Positions 55,391-64,000 of a stretch of DNA of 64,000 nucleotides are shown in pieces. The position numbers and the translations under genes were made by a program. The stretch covers positions 1 through 64,000 of the IMG/VR virus record IMGVR_UViG_3300017791_000021. One strand, 5' to 3'. Origin of the DNA: a virus. Lineage: Duplodnaviria > Caudoviricetes. Every line of letters starts with the position of its first letter. Position 1 is the stretch's first letter. Under the pieces are notes generated by a model, which saw only the letters and a program-made list of their open reading frames with translations, did not search any database and had not been told where the DNA came from.

Positions 55391-55738
55391 CTAGCGGTGA
55401 CGACGAGTCGTAGTACGACGCTTGGTGGTCGTGTGCTTCGTAGTCGTAGTGTGCTTGGTGGTGGTACGAGAACCATTGCTGTGAACAGTGGTAGTCGTGT
55501 TGTGCTGAACAGTCACGTGGTGCGAGGTGACGTAGCTGCTGCTGACGTGGTGCACAGGGTGCAGGTGGTTATTGTACAGACTTGTGTGGCTGTGGTAGTA
55601 GCGGTAAGGAACGTAGACGTAGTGTCCGTGATCCCATACCTGCTCATACCCACCGTCGCTGTATCCGCCGTTACCACACGCAGTAGCACCGGTCAGGATG
55701 ACAGCAGCCGTACCGACAGCAGCAAGAAACTTCTTCAA
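55391..55738 (-). CDS. Lipoprotein with His/Thr-rich tail
   Basis: MKK-hydrophobic-ATAC lipobox. Confidence 0.72.
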   Translation of the reverse strand: MKKFLAAVGTAAVILTGATACGNGGYSDGGYEQVWDHGHYVYVPYRYYHSHTSLYNNHLHPVHHVSSSYVTSHHVTVQHNTTTTVHSNGSRTTTKHTTTTKHTTTKRRTTTRRHR

Positions 55739-55756
55739 CGTTCTCTCCCTTGTGAG

Positions 55757-56224
55757 TTATACCTTTGTTGGATTGAAGCTCCACGATACAGTCACATCAA
55801 AGAAGCTGTCAAGCTCCTCTTGACTGATCATGTCTTGCACGAACAGGTCCCACAGTACATCCTGATCGACGTGTTGTACAGTCACGATCACACCGGAATT
55901 TGAGACAAGATCATCCCAACCCATCCAATGCTCATCCTCACTGTTCGCACGCTCCGTCAGGAAGTCGATGACGCGCTGTTCGTTGAGAACCTTACTCACC
56001 TTCTTGGTCTTTTGCAAGCTTGCGTACTCCTTGCCGTTGACCTTCAGGGGTTCTGCGAACGGTATCACATGAGAGCCGCGAGTGTTAGTGTCTGCATCCC
56101 GTAGGTACGGTTCCAACTCTCGCTTGATGCCCTCTTGCAGAGCCTTTCTATCAGCTATCTCCTGGTTGAGCAAGAGGTACGCTGCCACCTTGGCCTTGAT
56201 GGATGTATCAGATGTTAAGGCCAT
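55757..56224 (-). CDS. Hypothetical protein
   Basis: Coiled-coil N-terminus; RBS AGGAG. Confidence 0.7.
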   Translation of the reverse strand: MALTSDTSIKAKVAAYLLLNQEIADRKALQEGIKRELEPYLRDADTNTRGSHVIPFAEPLKVNGKEYASLQKTKKVSKVLNEQRVIDFLTERANSEDEHWMGWDDLVSNSGVIVTVQHVDQDVLWDLFVQDMISQEELDSFFDVTVSWSFNPTKV

Positions 56225-56771
56225 ATGCTCTCCTAGTAATCACAATGTTGTTGTCGGAAGTGCGTAGCTGACGATCCAAATACTTGGACAGCTCATCAAC
56301 GTCATCAAAGGTGAGATTAGACTGAGCAATTCCAGACTTCATACTCACATCGAAATAGGTATCAGGACGCTTACGGAAGCGAATAGGAGAACCAACAGAG
56401 ATACCTCCGAAGTGCGGAGGATTCAACCATCTATCAGAGCCAGCCAACTTGAACTGCACATTCTGATCAGAAAGGTAAGGAGCAATTCCGGGAGAGGTAG
56501 GCTCTTCCTTACGAATGGCCGCGAACTGTCCCTCTGCCAGCATAGAAGAAACCTTCGCCATGGCCTCAGTCTTGTCTCCAGATGTCAGAACCTTCTTGTC
56601 AAAGGAATCAGTGACCACATACTTAATCACTGGAGCTACACGAAACTCAGTACCAGAAGGAAACTCTGTGAGAGTTCCACAGTCGGCCCACTCGTTGTAA
56701 TTCTCCTCAACCTTCCACGAAGGAAGCTGAGCCTTCAGCGTACGATACTGCACGCCATTAAGTACAGACAT
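56208..56771 (-). CDS. Hypothetical protein
   Basis: RBS GGAG. Confidence 0.7.
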   Translation of the reverse strand: MSVLNGVQYRTLKAQLPSWKVEENYNEWADCGTLTEFPSGTEFRVAPVIKYVVTDSFDKKVLTSGDKTEAMAKVSSMLAEGQFAAIRKEEPTSPGIAPYLSDQNVQFKLAGSDRWLNPPHFGGISVGSPIRFRKRPDTYFDVSMKSGIAQSNLTFDDVDELSKYLDRQLRTSDNNIVITRRAYGLNI

Positions 56772-56773
56772 GT

Positions 56774-58333
56774 TTATTCTCCAAAGTAGTCCTTCAAGAA
56801 CTGTGTTAGGTTTCTTGCTTCATTAGTTACTTTACCATCCGGGTCTGACATTCCAGTTAACACACCCCGGCTTACACGAGCCTTGTAATCTAGTCTCGAT
56901 TTCTGATACTCCTCAATGGAATCCCTGACAATAAGGTTGTCAATAAATACATTTCGGAATGTGGAAGAAGCTCTTACGTGTCTTCCATTTCTCTGCTTGA
57001 ATGTCCCCGAACTCATAGGCATATCGTAGTTAATCAAATGAGATGCCATGTACAAGTCCACACCATAGCCACCGGCATCAGAGGACAGGAAGACTCTAGC
57101 ATCCTCAGAGAACTTTCGGATGGCATCGGCTCTCTGAGTACCGTTCAAACCACCATGAAACAGCACAGGATTGTACTTGTCAAGCCCTTCTGCCAGGAGT
57201 GGGAGCACTCCACGGAACCTAGCGAAGACGATGATCTTGTGTTCCGGATTCTCTTCCAGATACTCCGTAGCCAGATCTAGGCACGCCTCTAGCTTAGCCC
57301 CATGAGAGCCCTCAGGTGGCAGTCTCCCAGCCTCTAAGAGCGTGTGTGCGTACTTGGACCCACTAGGGTCTGAGGGGTCCGCATACGCCCGTGCAGAGCC
57401 TTCTAATAGTGTCGGGTCATCCAAGAGGAGATGTAACGCGAGAAGCCTTCCGGTGATAGCTCCCATGCTGGAATTGTCCTCACTCTTTTCCCCTGCATAG
57501 TATCGCGCAAGGTCTTTACTGACTGAGGGACCAGCACCATAGAGTTCTCGTAGGAGTTCTCTGGCGATTTGGTTATAGAGTCTTCTGGTTTCATCGTCCA
57601 TTTCCACATAGGCGTTGTACTCTTCTACGGTTGGCATGAATGACGCTACGTCAGGATCGTCTCTCCTCTTTGAGATACAAGCTGTCATAAGTCGTGCATT
57701 TAGTTCAGGCATATTCTTATAGCCTGTGATGATATTGAATGAATTACGGATGATGTAATTCTCTTCAAAGAATTGCCAATTACCTAGAACGGAATCGTCA
57801 ATCCATTGCATGATAGAGAATAGTTCTTCTGCCTTTCCATTCTCTACAGGTTCAGCAGTTAATCCAATTCGGTACTTCGGCTTTAGCTTTTTAATTGCTT
57901 TTGTCTGCTGAGTTCCGAAGTTCTTTATCGACGTTACTTCGTCTACTAGCACCAGCTCTGGATTTAGTTGCTTTACGAACTCTAGGTCTTTCACTACTTG
58001 GCGGATTCCCATTATCAGATACGCCGGTCTCTGTTGGAGACATGCAGTGTAAACAGCCTTCCTCTTGGCAGGGGACAATGATCCATCCACCACTTGGATT
58101 GACTGTTCGTCTGTGAACTGCTCTATCCTCTCCTTCCATTGCACTGTCAAACTGCTGCTCATAATCAGAAGGGAACATTTAACATCACCTTTATCTCTTA
58201 GTTCTTCTATCGCGGCTATGGATACTACGGTCTTCCCTGTACCCAAATCCAACGCCAATAGGGCCTTACCCCTTTCTAGGATAAGGCCCTTGGCTTGTTC
58301 TTGGTACTCGCGTAATTCGCCCTTAAAAGTCAT
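56774..58333 (-). CDS. SNF2-like superfamily 2 helicase
   Basis: LREYQ, GTGKT, VDEVT, GLTA.P, GGYGVDL, QRNGR..R. Confidence 0.9.
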   Translation of the reverse strand: MTFKGELREYQEQAKGLILERGKALLALDLGTGKTVVSIAAIEELRDKGDVKCSLLIMSSSLTVQWKERIEQFTDEQSIQVVDGSLSPAKRKAVYTACLQQRPAYLIMGIRQVVKDLEFVKQLNPELVLVDEVTSIKNFGTQQTKAIKKLKPKYRIGLTAEPVENGKAEELFSIMQWIDDSVLGNWQFFEENYIIRNSFNIITGYKNMPELNARLMTACISKRRDDPDVASFMPTVEEYNAYVEMDDETRRLYNQIARELLRELYGAGPSVSKDLARYYAGEKSEDNSSMGAITGRLLALHLLLDDPTLLEGSARAYADPSDPSGSKYAHTLLEAGRLPPEGSHGAKLEACLDLATEYLEENPEHKIIVFARFRGVLPLLAEGLDKYNPVLFHGGLNGTQRADAIRKFSEDARVFLSSDAGGYGVDLYMASHLINYDMPMSSGTFKQRNGRHVRASSTFRNVFIDNLIVRDSIEEYQKSRLDYKARVSRGVLTGMSDPDGKVTNEARNLTQFLKDYFGE

Positions 58334-59331
58334 GGGCGATAGTTTAGCAGGCTTTTCGCTCTGAGTATAGCCTTCTGGATATCCTTATCGGTTACTCCTT
58401 CAGTACCCAGATCCTTTGCCCACGGAATATGCGAGTAGTCTGCGAACTTGATTCGCTTTCCACTCTTGAGGTATCGCTGTCTCAGTTCCCACATCTTCGC
58501 TAGGCCAACTTCATCGTTGTCCAGTGCGAAGATTACAATCTCTGCTCTATCGAATAGGAGATCAAGCTGTCGCTCAGTTACTCCTACACCAAAAGAAGAG
58601 ACGCCACCACCAATACCAGCAGTGTGTAGACGGAGACAATCGAGAGGACTTTCCAGTAGTACTGCCGTTGAGCCATTTAGTGTCTCGATTCCGAATAGAG
58701 TGTCACCCTTGGGAACTCGCGCTGGCTTATTACAGAACCAGCCTGCACCCTTTTCCTGGTATCCCCATAGTGCCCCAGTATCAGGGTCACGTATGGGGAG
58801 AATCCAGTTGTCTCGTTCAGAGTCCCAGAGGACACCGTAGTGGGTTACCGCTCCCGAAGATACTCTTCGTCCGTCCAGTGCCGAGTGCGGTGGAGCATTG
58901 AAGAGCGCCAGTCGTGCTTCATTCCACGCTGGTACCCCCGCGTCTCGTTCGAGATCAGAAGTCCGCCCTTTGGAATCAGCCAGAATTCGTCGTAGTCGCT
59001 GGACTCCACCACGATTACGGACCCATTGTTCTGCATCAGATCGATCATATCCCTTAACCTCCTGGACTAGGTAAACGAATGAACCACTGAAACCACACGC
59101 GAAACAGGAATGCTGACCTGTCTCGATATTAACTGACCACTTGTTAGGGCGGGTGTTGTGCTTACCCACCCTTTCAAAGTGTCCTGGACAAATAGCCCAA
59201 GCTTCTTCATGGATGATTCTTACAACGTCAATTCCAAGCTCTTCCAGACAGGCTAGAACATCGCCTGGAGTAGGTGTTCCTCGGTTATTCCAACCGTTAG
59301 AAACCCCCTGAGAACGCTGAGGTGTCTTCAT
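58330..59331 (-). CDS. DNA primase (Zn finger plus TOPRIM)
   Basis: CPGH..CFACG; LLESPLD; ALDNDEVG. Confidence 0.88.
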   Translation of the reverse strand: MKTPQRSQGVSNGWNNRGTPTPGDVLACLEELGIDVVRIIHEEAWAICPGHFERVGKHNTRPNKWSVNIETGQHSCFACGFSGSFVYLVQEVKGYDRSDAEQWVRNRGGVQRLRRILADSKGRTSDLERDAGVPAWNEARLALFNAPPHSALDGRRVSSGAVTHYGVLWDSERDNWILPIRDPDTGALWGYQEKGAGWFCNKPARVPKGDTLFGIETLNGSTAVLLESPLDCLRLHTAGIGGGVSSFGVGVTERQLDLLFDRAEIVIFALDNDEVGLAKMWELRQRYLKSGKRIKFADYSHIPWAKDLGTEGVTDKDIQKAILRAKSLLNYRP

Positions 59332-60586
59332 CCATTAGCTCCCGATCAATGTCATCGTCCAGATCAAAGCCTTCCAGCTCTGTGAACTCTCCTGTGTCGT
59401 AGTCAAACAGTAGCACGATCTCACATGGTGCACAAGAACGGGAGAGAAGGATCTTCATCTTCCGCATCTTCGTGTCCTCTGTACGCTCAATACCAATAAC
59501 CGTGTTGCTGTACTGGACGAACGCACGAGAGCCCATGATGGAGTCGTTGTTCAGCGTCTCTCCCTTGGTACGAGCGGGAGTGGACTGCGTTACCGCGACA
59601 ATGCAGATACTACGTCGCATCGCCAGAAACTTCAAGCCCGAGACGATGTTGGCAAGCGCAAGAGGAGTTCCCTTGTTCTCGCCCCGCTCATCCTCCATCA
59701 TATATACACCATCTACGATCACGATGTCAGGCTTGAAGATGTCGATCTTCGCACCAATAGATGTAACGGTCATGCAATCTTCCGAGATCAGCATAGGCGG
59801 AAGCTCTTCGGTCTTTCGGATACCTTCCTGAAGAGCTGTCCACTGAGCGTGATCAATCTGACCACTGTTCAGAAGGTTGTCGTTGAAACCAGCACGATAA
59901 GCATCAAGCCTACGTGTCTGTTCGTCAACCGTCTGCTCGTACGTCAGATACATTACACGATATCCGTCTTCCTGAATATTCATGGCAATCTTCATCGCCA
60001 AGGAAGACTTGGACGCCTTAGCCAGACCTGTGATAGTCACAAGCTGACCAGGCTGAAGGCCCTGTGTGGCCTTGTCGATCGTTGGGAAGCCTGTGGCGGC
60101 ACCAACTAGCGTCCCAGGGTTGTTCTTGCGTTCTAGGTACCGCTCAAGCCTCTCAGTACCCGTTGTGGTGACATCCTCATCCCTAGGGTTGGGGATAGCA
60201 GTGTGCGCCTTGGAGACAGTAACACCCAGGATGTTGACAGCGGCGTCGATGTCTCCCGCGTCATAGGCATCGTTGAACATATCAAGGTTCTCAGCGAGAA
60301 CTCCGGAAATGTACTGACGCTCTACACGCTTCTTAATATCCTCCCACGGTTCAGCAACCTCAATGAGCTTGAGAGGCTTCTTTTCTGTGGGAGTTTTGAA
60401 GTCCATCATAAACACACGCTGAGTAGGTACGGAACCAATTTCAGCATAGTAATTCCTGATGAACTCAAACGCTGCTCTGTAATCAGGATCGTTCAAGAAA
60501 TACGGAGGAACATCAGCGACTTCCGTCATGTCCTGATCTTGAATGATCTTAGAAATGAACATCTTCTCGACATTGAATGTCGCCAA
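59297..60586 (-). CDS. dnaB: DnaB-like replicative helicase
   Basis: TGF..ID..T.GLQPGQL, Walker A variant GLAKASKS, YEQ, VIVDG, VTQ. Confidence 0.88.
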   Translation of the reverse strand: MATFNVEKMFISKIIQDQDMTEVADVPPYFLNDPDYRAAFEFIRNYYAEIGSVPTQRVFMMDFKTPTEKKPLKLIEVAEPWEDIKKRVERQYISGVLAENLDMFNDAYDAGDIDAAVNILGVTVSKAHTAIPNPRDEDVTTTGTERLERYLERKNNPGTLVGAATGFPTIDKATQGLQPGQLVTITGLAKASKSSLAMKIAMNIQEDGYRVMYLTYEQTVDEQTRRLDAYRAGFNDNLLNSGQIDHAQWTALQEGIRKTEELPPMLISEDCMTVTSIGAKIDIFKPDIVIVDGVYMMEDERGENKGTPLALANIVSGLKFLAMRRSICIVAVTQSTPARTKGETLNNDSIMGSRAFVQYSNTVIGIERTEDTKMRKMKILLSRSCAPCEIVLLFDYDTGEFTELEGFDLDDDIDRELMDEDTSAFSGGF

Positions 60587-60597
60587 AATACATCCTC

Positions 60598-61053
60598 CTA
60601 AGCCAGAAGTTGAATCAAGTTGATCTGCTCAGGCGTACAGTAACGGCTCTTGCTTCCCCAAGTCAAGGTGCGCTTAGGGTCAGGGTCCAGTACGCCAATG
60701 ATGGCAGGATCGTATGTCAGATCAGCTAGTAGCGTCTCTGTATCGTAGTAGTGTACGTCACCGAACAATAGATTTCTACCGTCCAGTTTATCTCTGATTG
60801 CTGAAACAAAACCGGGATCTATAAAGGTGATCACGTCTACTCTGAAACGCTGTCGCCAATACAGATCCCGGATTCCTTGCGAAGTCTTGATATTCAATTG
60901 GTAATGGTCTGCAACCTGTTCCCACTTTTTCCTTTTCCGCGCCAACAGCTCTGCGGTTCGGTCCTTGGGTGATGTCGGTGGCAGACCAATTAATCCTTCG
61001 AATACGATATAGACTCTGGGGAGAGTTTCAGAACTTAACTCACCCTTCCTCAC
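60598..61053 (-). CDS. Hypothetical protein (degenerate HAD-like)
   Basis: VYIVFEGLI N-terminal strand. Confidence 0.65.
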   Translation of the reverse strand: MRKGELSSETLPRVYIVFEGLIGLPPTSPKDRTAELLARKRKKWEQVADHYQLNIKTSQGIRDLYWRQRFRVDVITFIDPGFVSAIRDKLDGRNLLFGDVHYYDTETLLADLTYDPAIIGVLDPDPKRTLTWGSKSRYCTPEQINLIQLLA

Positions 61054-61207
61054 TCAACATCGCCTCAATCTGCGCATGAATACGATCCGAATAGAACTGA
61101 ATCCATCGGTCGTCCATCTCTTCCAGTGTCAGTGGGTCGGAAGCTACACTCTCATCCTCAGGTACCCAGTCGTCAGGGTCCTCTCCACCGTACAGCACGT
61201 TAGACAT
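61040..61207 (-). CDS. Small acidic protein
   Basis: GAGGAG RBS. Confidence 0.55.
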   Translation of the reverse strand: MSNVLYGGEDPDDWVPEDESVASDPLTLEEMDDRWIQFYSDRIHAQIEAMLSEEG

Positions 61208-61538
61208 TTTGTGTCTCCTCGTAAGTTCCATTGCAGCAACCATCACAGCCATGGACTCCCATGCCGTGACTACCTTGTCGTGCATAAAAGGCTACACTAT
61301 CCGGATCACTGTGTCCAATACCATGATCGCAAAAGCGCTCAGCGAACCCATGGGGTTTACCACTGAACGGACTTCCTACACGAAGTATCAGCTTAGCATC
61401 TTTCATCGGGTGATCAGAAGGGTTGTGGATGGTGCAATGCGTTCCCTCACAAAGAGAAGCCTTATGCACCTTCCACACCGTTCCGGAGTCATCTGTGAGA
61501 CGATCGTAGGACCAGCGCTTATTCTGTTGTAGCTTCAT
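61200..61538 (-). CDS. Cys/His-rich conserved actinophage protein
   Basis: C.IHNPSDH.M..ER.C.HGIGH.DPD..HGCDGCC. Confidence 0.75.
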   Translation of the reverse strand: MKLQQNKRWSYDRLTDDSGTVWKVHKASLCEGTHCTIHNPSDHPMKDAKLILRVGSPFSGKPHGFAERFCDHGIGHSDPDSVAFYARQGSHGMGVHGCDGCCNGTYEETQNV

Positions 61539-61732
61539 CTAGGATCAATCTCACAATAGATGGCGTTCCCCTTACTCTGATTGATTACTCGGTGGGGATT
61601 CTTAGTGTGCTTTGCGGAAGTCCGGCAGATATTAGATCCACCGGACTTCCGTACCCGATGCACGTCATGCCAATTCCCATTCATCTTGACCTGGAGCATG
61701 TATGTGTCATCTCTGTCATGCGTTACAGCCAT
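61535..61732 (-). CDS. Hypothetical protein
   Basis: TAATG-coupled. Confidence 0.55.
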   Translation of the reverse strand: MAVTHDRDDTYMLQVKMNGNWHDVHRVRKSGGSNICRTSAKHTKNPHRVINQSKGNAIYCEIDPR

Positions 61733-62631
61733 TAGAAATCTCCGTCTGCCACCTGGAGAACCTTGATCCCCAGCTTACGAATACGTCGGACAACCCTGTT
61801 GCGGTCATCCAGCCACACGTGAACACGGTACTCGTCACGCACGTACTTGTCAAACAGGTGTTGCTTGACATCCGCATCGTTGATTCCCTGCATGTCAGCC
61901 GGACGCATGAACAGGTGATCAAACGTCACACCATGCCCATGCAGCCAATCCGCAGTGTCCTGACGGACGTTGTTGATATCCGGACGACCAGACATAATGA
62001 TGATCTCGTATCCATCATCAGCGTACAGGTTGACCAGATTGATAATCGACTGGAACGGACCATCAGTCAGCACGCGGCTGTAGTCGTACGGAGAGCGCGC
62101 AATGTGCTCAGCAAGGGTTCCGTCCACGTCCACCACGATAGCCGCAGAGGAGCCGTCCTGAGGCACGTACAGAGGCGACAGGACCACATCGTTCATGAAC
62201 TCAGGGGTCAGCCTCCAAGGCTTCTGGAGCTGTCGCGCCATATTCCGGATGACAGTCTCACCAACCGGCTCATCTCGCTGTGAATCGCGCTCAATGCAGG
62301 TCTCTACAGGAACATTGGTGAAGTCAGCAACAAGGAATTCCACATCCCCGTCAAAAAGCTTCTTGATTCGAGTAGGAGATTTCTTGTTCAGGTTGGTGTC
62401 GTGAACAATAACGTCCTTACCTTCCTTGATAGCACGAACGATAATGTCATCCTGAATCTTGGATACCAGATCCTCCTGACCCTTAGTGCCGACAGGAAAG
62501 CATCCAATCATTGCACGAATATCATCACGAGAAACCAGAACGATCTGCTCAGGGTCCTGCATCTGATGAGCAGTTGCCCACGTGCTCTTACCCGATCCCG
62601 GAAGACCAGTGGTCAGGATAATCTTGCGCAT
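61732..62631 (-). CDS. pseT: Polynucleotide 5'-kinase/3'-phosphatase (T4 PseT-like)
   Basis: GLPGSGKST, RDDIR, DTN; DVDGTLA, SGR, LFMR, DDR. Confidence 0.93.
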   Translation of the reverse strand: MRKIILTTGLPGSGKSTWATAHQMQDPEQIVLVSRDDIRAMIGCFPVGTKGQEDLVSKIQDDIIVRAIKEGKDVIVHDTNLNKKSPTRIKKLFDGDVEFLVADFTNVPVETCIERDSQRDEPVGETVIRNMARQLQKPWRLTPEFMNDVVLSPLYVPQDGSSAAIVVDVDGTLAEHIARSPYDYSRVLTDGPFQSIINLVNLYADDGYEIIIMSGRPDINNVRQDTADWLHGHGVTFDHLFMRPADMQGINDADVKQHLFDKYVRDEYRVHVWLDDRNRVVRRIRKLGIKVLQVADGDF

Positions 62632-62833
62632 TATTTCTCCTTAACTTGCTCTCTAGTGGCGTCTAATATTGCTTTGAAATCTTTTCGGTGCCAGACTAAT
62701 CGTTCTAGTATATTCATAGACATACCAGCAGCGATACCAGCTATTAATGCGATTAGAAATTCGTGCACAAGATCTCCTTGTTAGATAAATCCAAAAGGAC
62801 TCTCAGCATACTGAGAATCCCTTTGAATTGACC

Positions 62834-63463
62834 TTACTTAGCGTGCAGCTTCTTCAGAATTGCCGGGTCCATCGGCTGAGCGGGCATCTCAATAGCCTTG
62901 AGACTAAGCGGAGAAGACTCTATCATGACCGTTGCAGCCGTTACACAGGACTGGTGGTAACCACCCTGAGCATCGAACCAGAAGATACCATCACTGCCAC
63001 ATGCGCTACCACCATAGGATAGGTCATCCTGCGGCATCGGAACAGCCTGAGATCCATCATTGTACTGACCGATCTTGTAAATACCATCGGTAGCAGTCAT
63101 CTGCGAATCCATGGAACTGATCTTACCCTTAACCGTAGAGAAGAACACCTCACTGCGACCGCTCGGGAAGATGTAAATGTACTGAGTCTTGCTCTCGTCA
63201 TTCAGGAACAGATCCCGCTCACGCAGCATCTTCAGCTCCAGAGGATTGTGCATCTGAGAAGCAGGGTACTGATTCTCAACGTTCTTCAGCGCCTCGTTGT
63301 ACGCCTTGATCGTCTCCTGCTCATTCTGGTTCTGAATCTGATTGACGCTCTTTACATCCTGGCCAACCTTCGGAGAAGAACCACCATCACCCATACACGC
63401 GGTAGAAGTACCCGCGATGAGAGCGACAGCACCAGCAGCCAGAGCGATACGCTTGCCATTCAT
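62834..63463 (-). CDS. Lipoprotein
   Basis: Signal with STAC lipobox; GKISS..SQMT, D.SYG...GIFWF motifs. Confidence 0.75.
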   Translation of the reverse strand: MNGKRIALAAGAVALIAGTSTACMGDGGSSPKVGQDVKSVNQIQNQNEQETIKAYNEALKNVENQYPASQMHNPLELKMLRERDLFLNDESKTQYIYIFPSGRSEVFFSTVKGKISSMDSQMTATDGIYKIGQYNDGSQAVPMPQDDLSYGGSACGSDGIFWFDAQGGYHQSCVTAATVMIESSPLSLKAIEMPAQPMDPAILKKLHAK

Positions 63464-63485
63464 TTATTTGCCTCCTGTTTGGAAT

Positions 63486-63887
63486 TTAGTTGCAGGTGTC
63501 GGTGTCGAACTGTGTAGGAAGCGTATCAGGCTTCCAGTCCTTCATCAAGGGCTGAGTCTGGAGACCGTTGTAGGTCTGGACATCCTCATTACAGGCAGTC
63601 TGAGCGGTCAGGATGAATCCCTGAGGGTCTGAATCCTTGTAGGTGCTCCGAACGGTGGCAAGGTTCGCCACGTCGCGCTGTACGTCCTTGTAGGCAGCCT
63701 GCCAAGTACCCGCAGCAGCCACACGGTTAGAGACTTCCTGGTTCTGCTTGTGCTCTTGACCGTTGTTGTAGGTACCGCTGAAGATCACACCACCAGCCCA
63801 AAGGCCAACAGGCAGACCCACAAGCAGCAGAGCCCCACCGGTAATAGCAGCAGCAACAGCGAGCTTGCTTGGATCATTCTTTGACAC
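63486..63887 (-). CDS. Membrane-anchored protein
   Basis: N-terminal TM helix; C....YN...LP motif; GGAGG RBS. Confidence 0.72.
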   Translation of the reverse strand: MSKNDPSKLAVAAAITGGALLLVGLPVGLWAGGVIFSGTYNNGQEHKQNQEVSNRVAAAGTWQAAYKDVQRDVANLATVRSTYKDSDPQGFILTAQTACNEDVQTYNGLQTQPLMKDWKPDTLPTQFDTDTCN

Positions 63888-64000
63888 TAGTTTTCCTCCT
63901 TGTTAGATAATTCCAAGGGGTGCCGCATACGAGATGCGGAACCCTTTGAAACGACCTACAGATCAAGAGCGGCACGAACAGAATTCACCGCATCATCATA

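Overview
64-kb segment of a large, moderately GC, tRNA-rich lytic actinophage genome. A Streptomyces-infecting siphovirus is inferred from WhiB, Rpf, TerD, ThyX, NrdJ and a TTA-reading tRNA. Left to right: (1) the 5' half of a Ro60/TROVE gene, preceded on the minus strand by five tandem Y-RNA-like elements and 17 tRNA genes interleaved with structured spacers and a papain-like protease (1-5.7 kb); (2) small genes including HNH, a HAD RNA-repair-type phosphatase and a DEDDh exoribonuclease (5.8-9.1 kb); (3) a non-coding block with ~9-bp-spaced heptamer repeats, then a GC-richer early or terminal-repeat-like region of convergent small genes (DUF6011 protein, TerD, ArdA), punctuated by ~54-nt CTAG-closed hairpins and carrying an rrn-like boxA leader (9.1-25.5 kb); (4) a long minus-strand arm with a TGT/DpdA-like protein, nucleotidyltransferase, endolysin, Rpf-LysM, NlpC/P60, DUF1003, SpoVS, RuvC, ThyX, Cas4-like nuclease, WhiB, RNA ligase, RecA, class II RNR, PolA, SSB, SNF2 helicase, primase, DnaB and PNK/phosphatase. 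All calls were made by eye from motifs; no database search was run.
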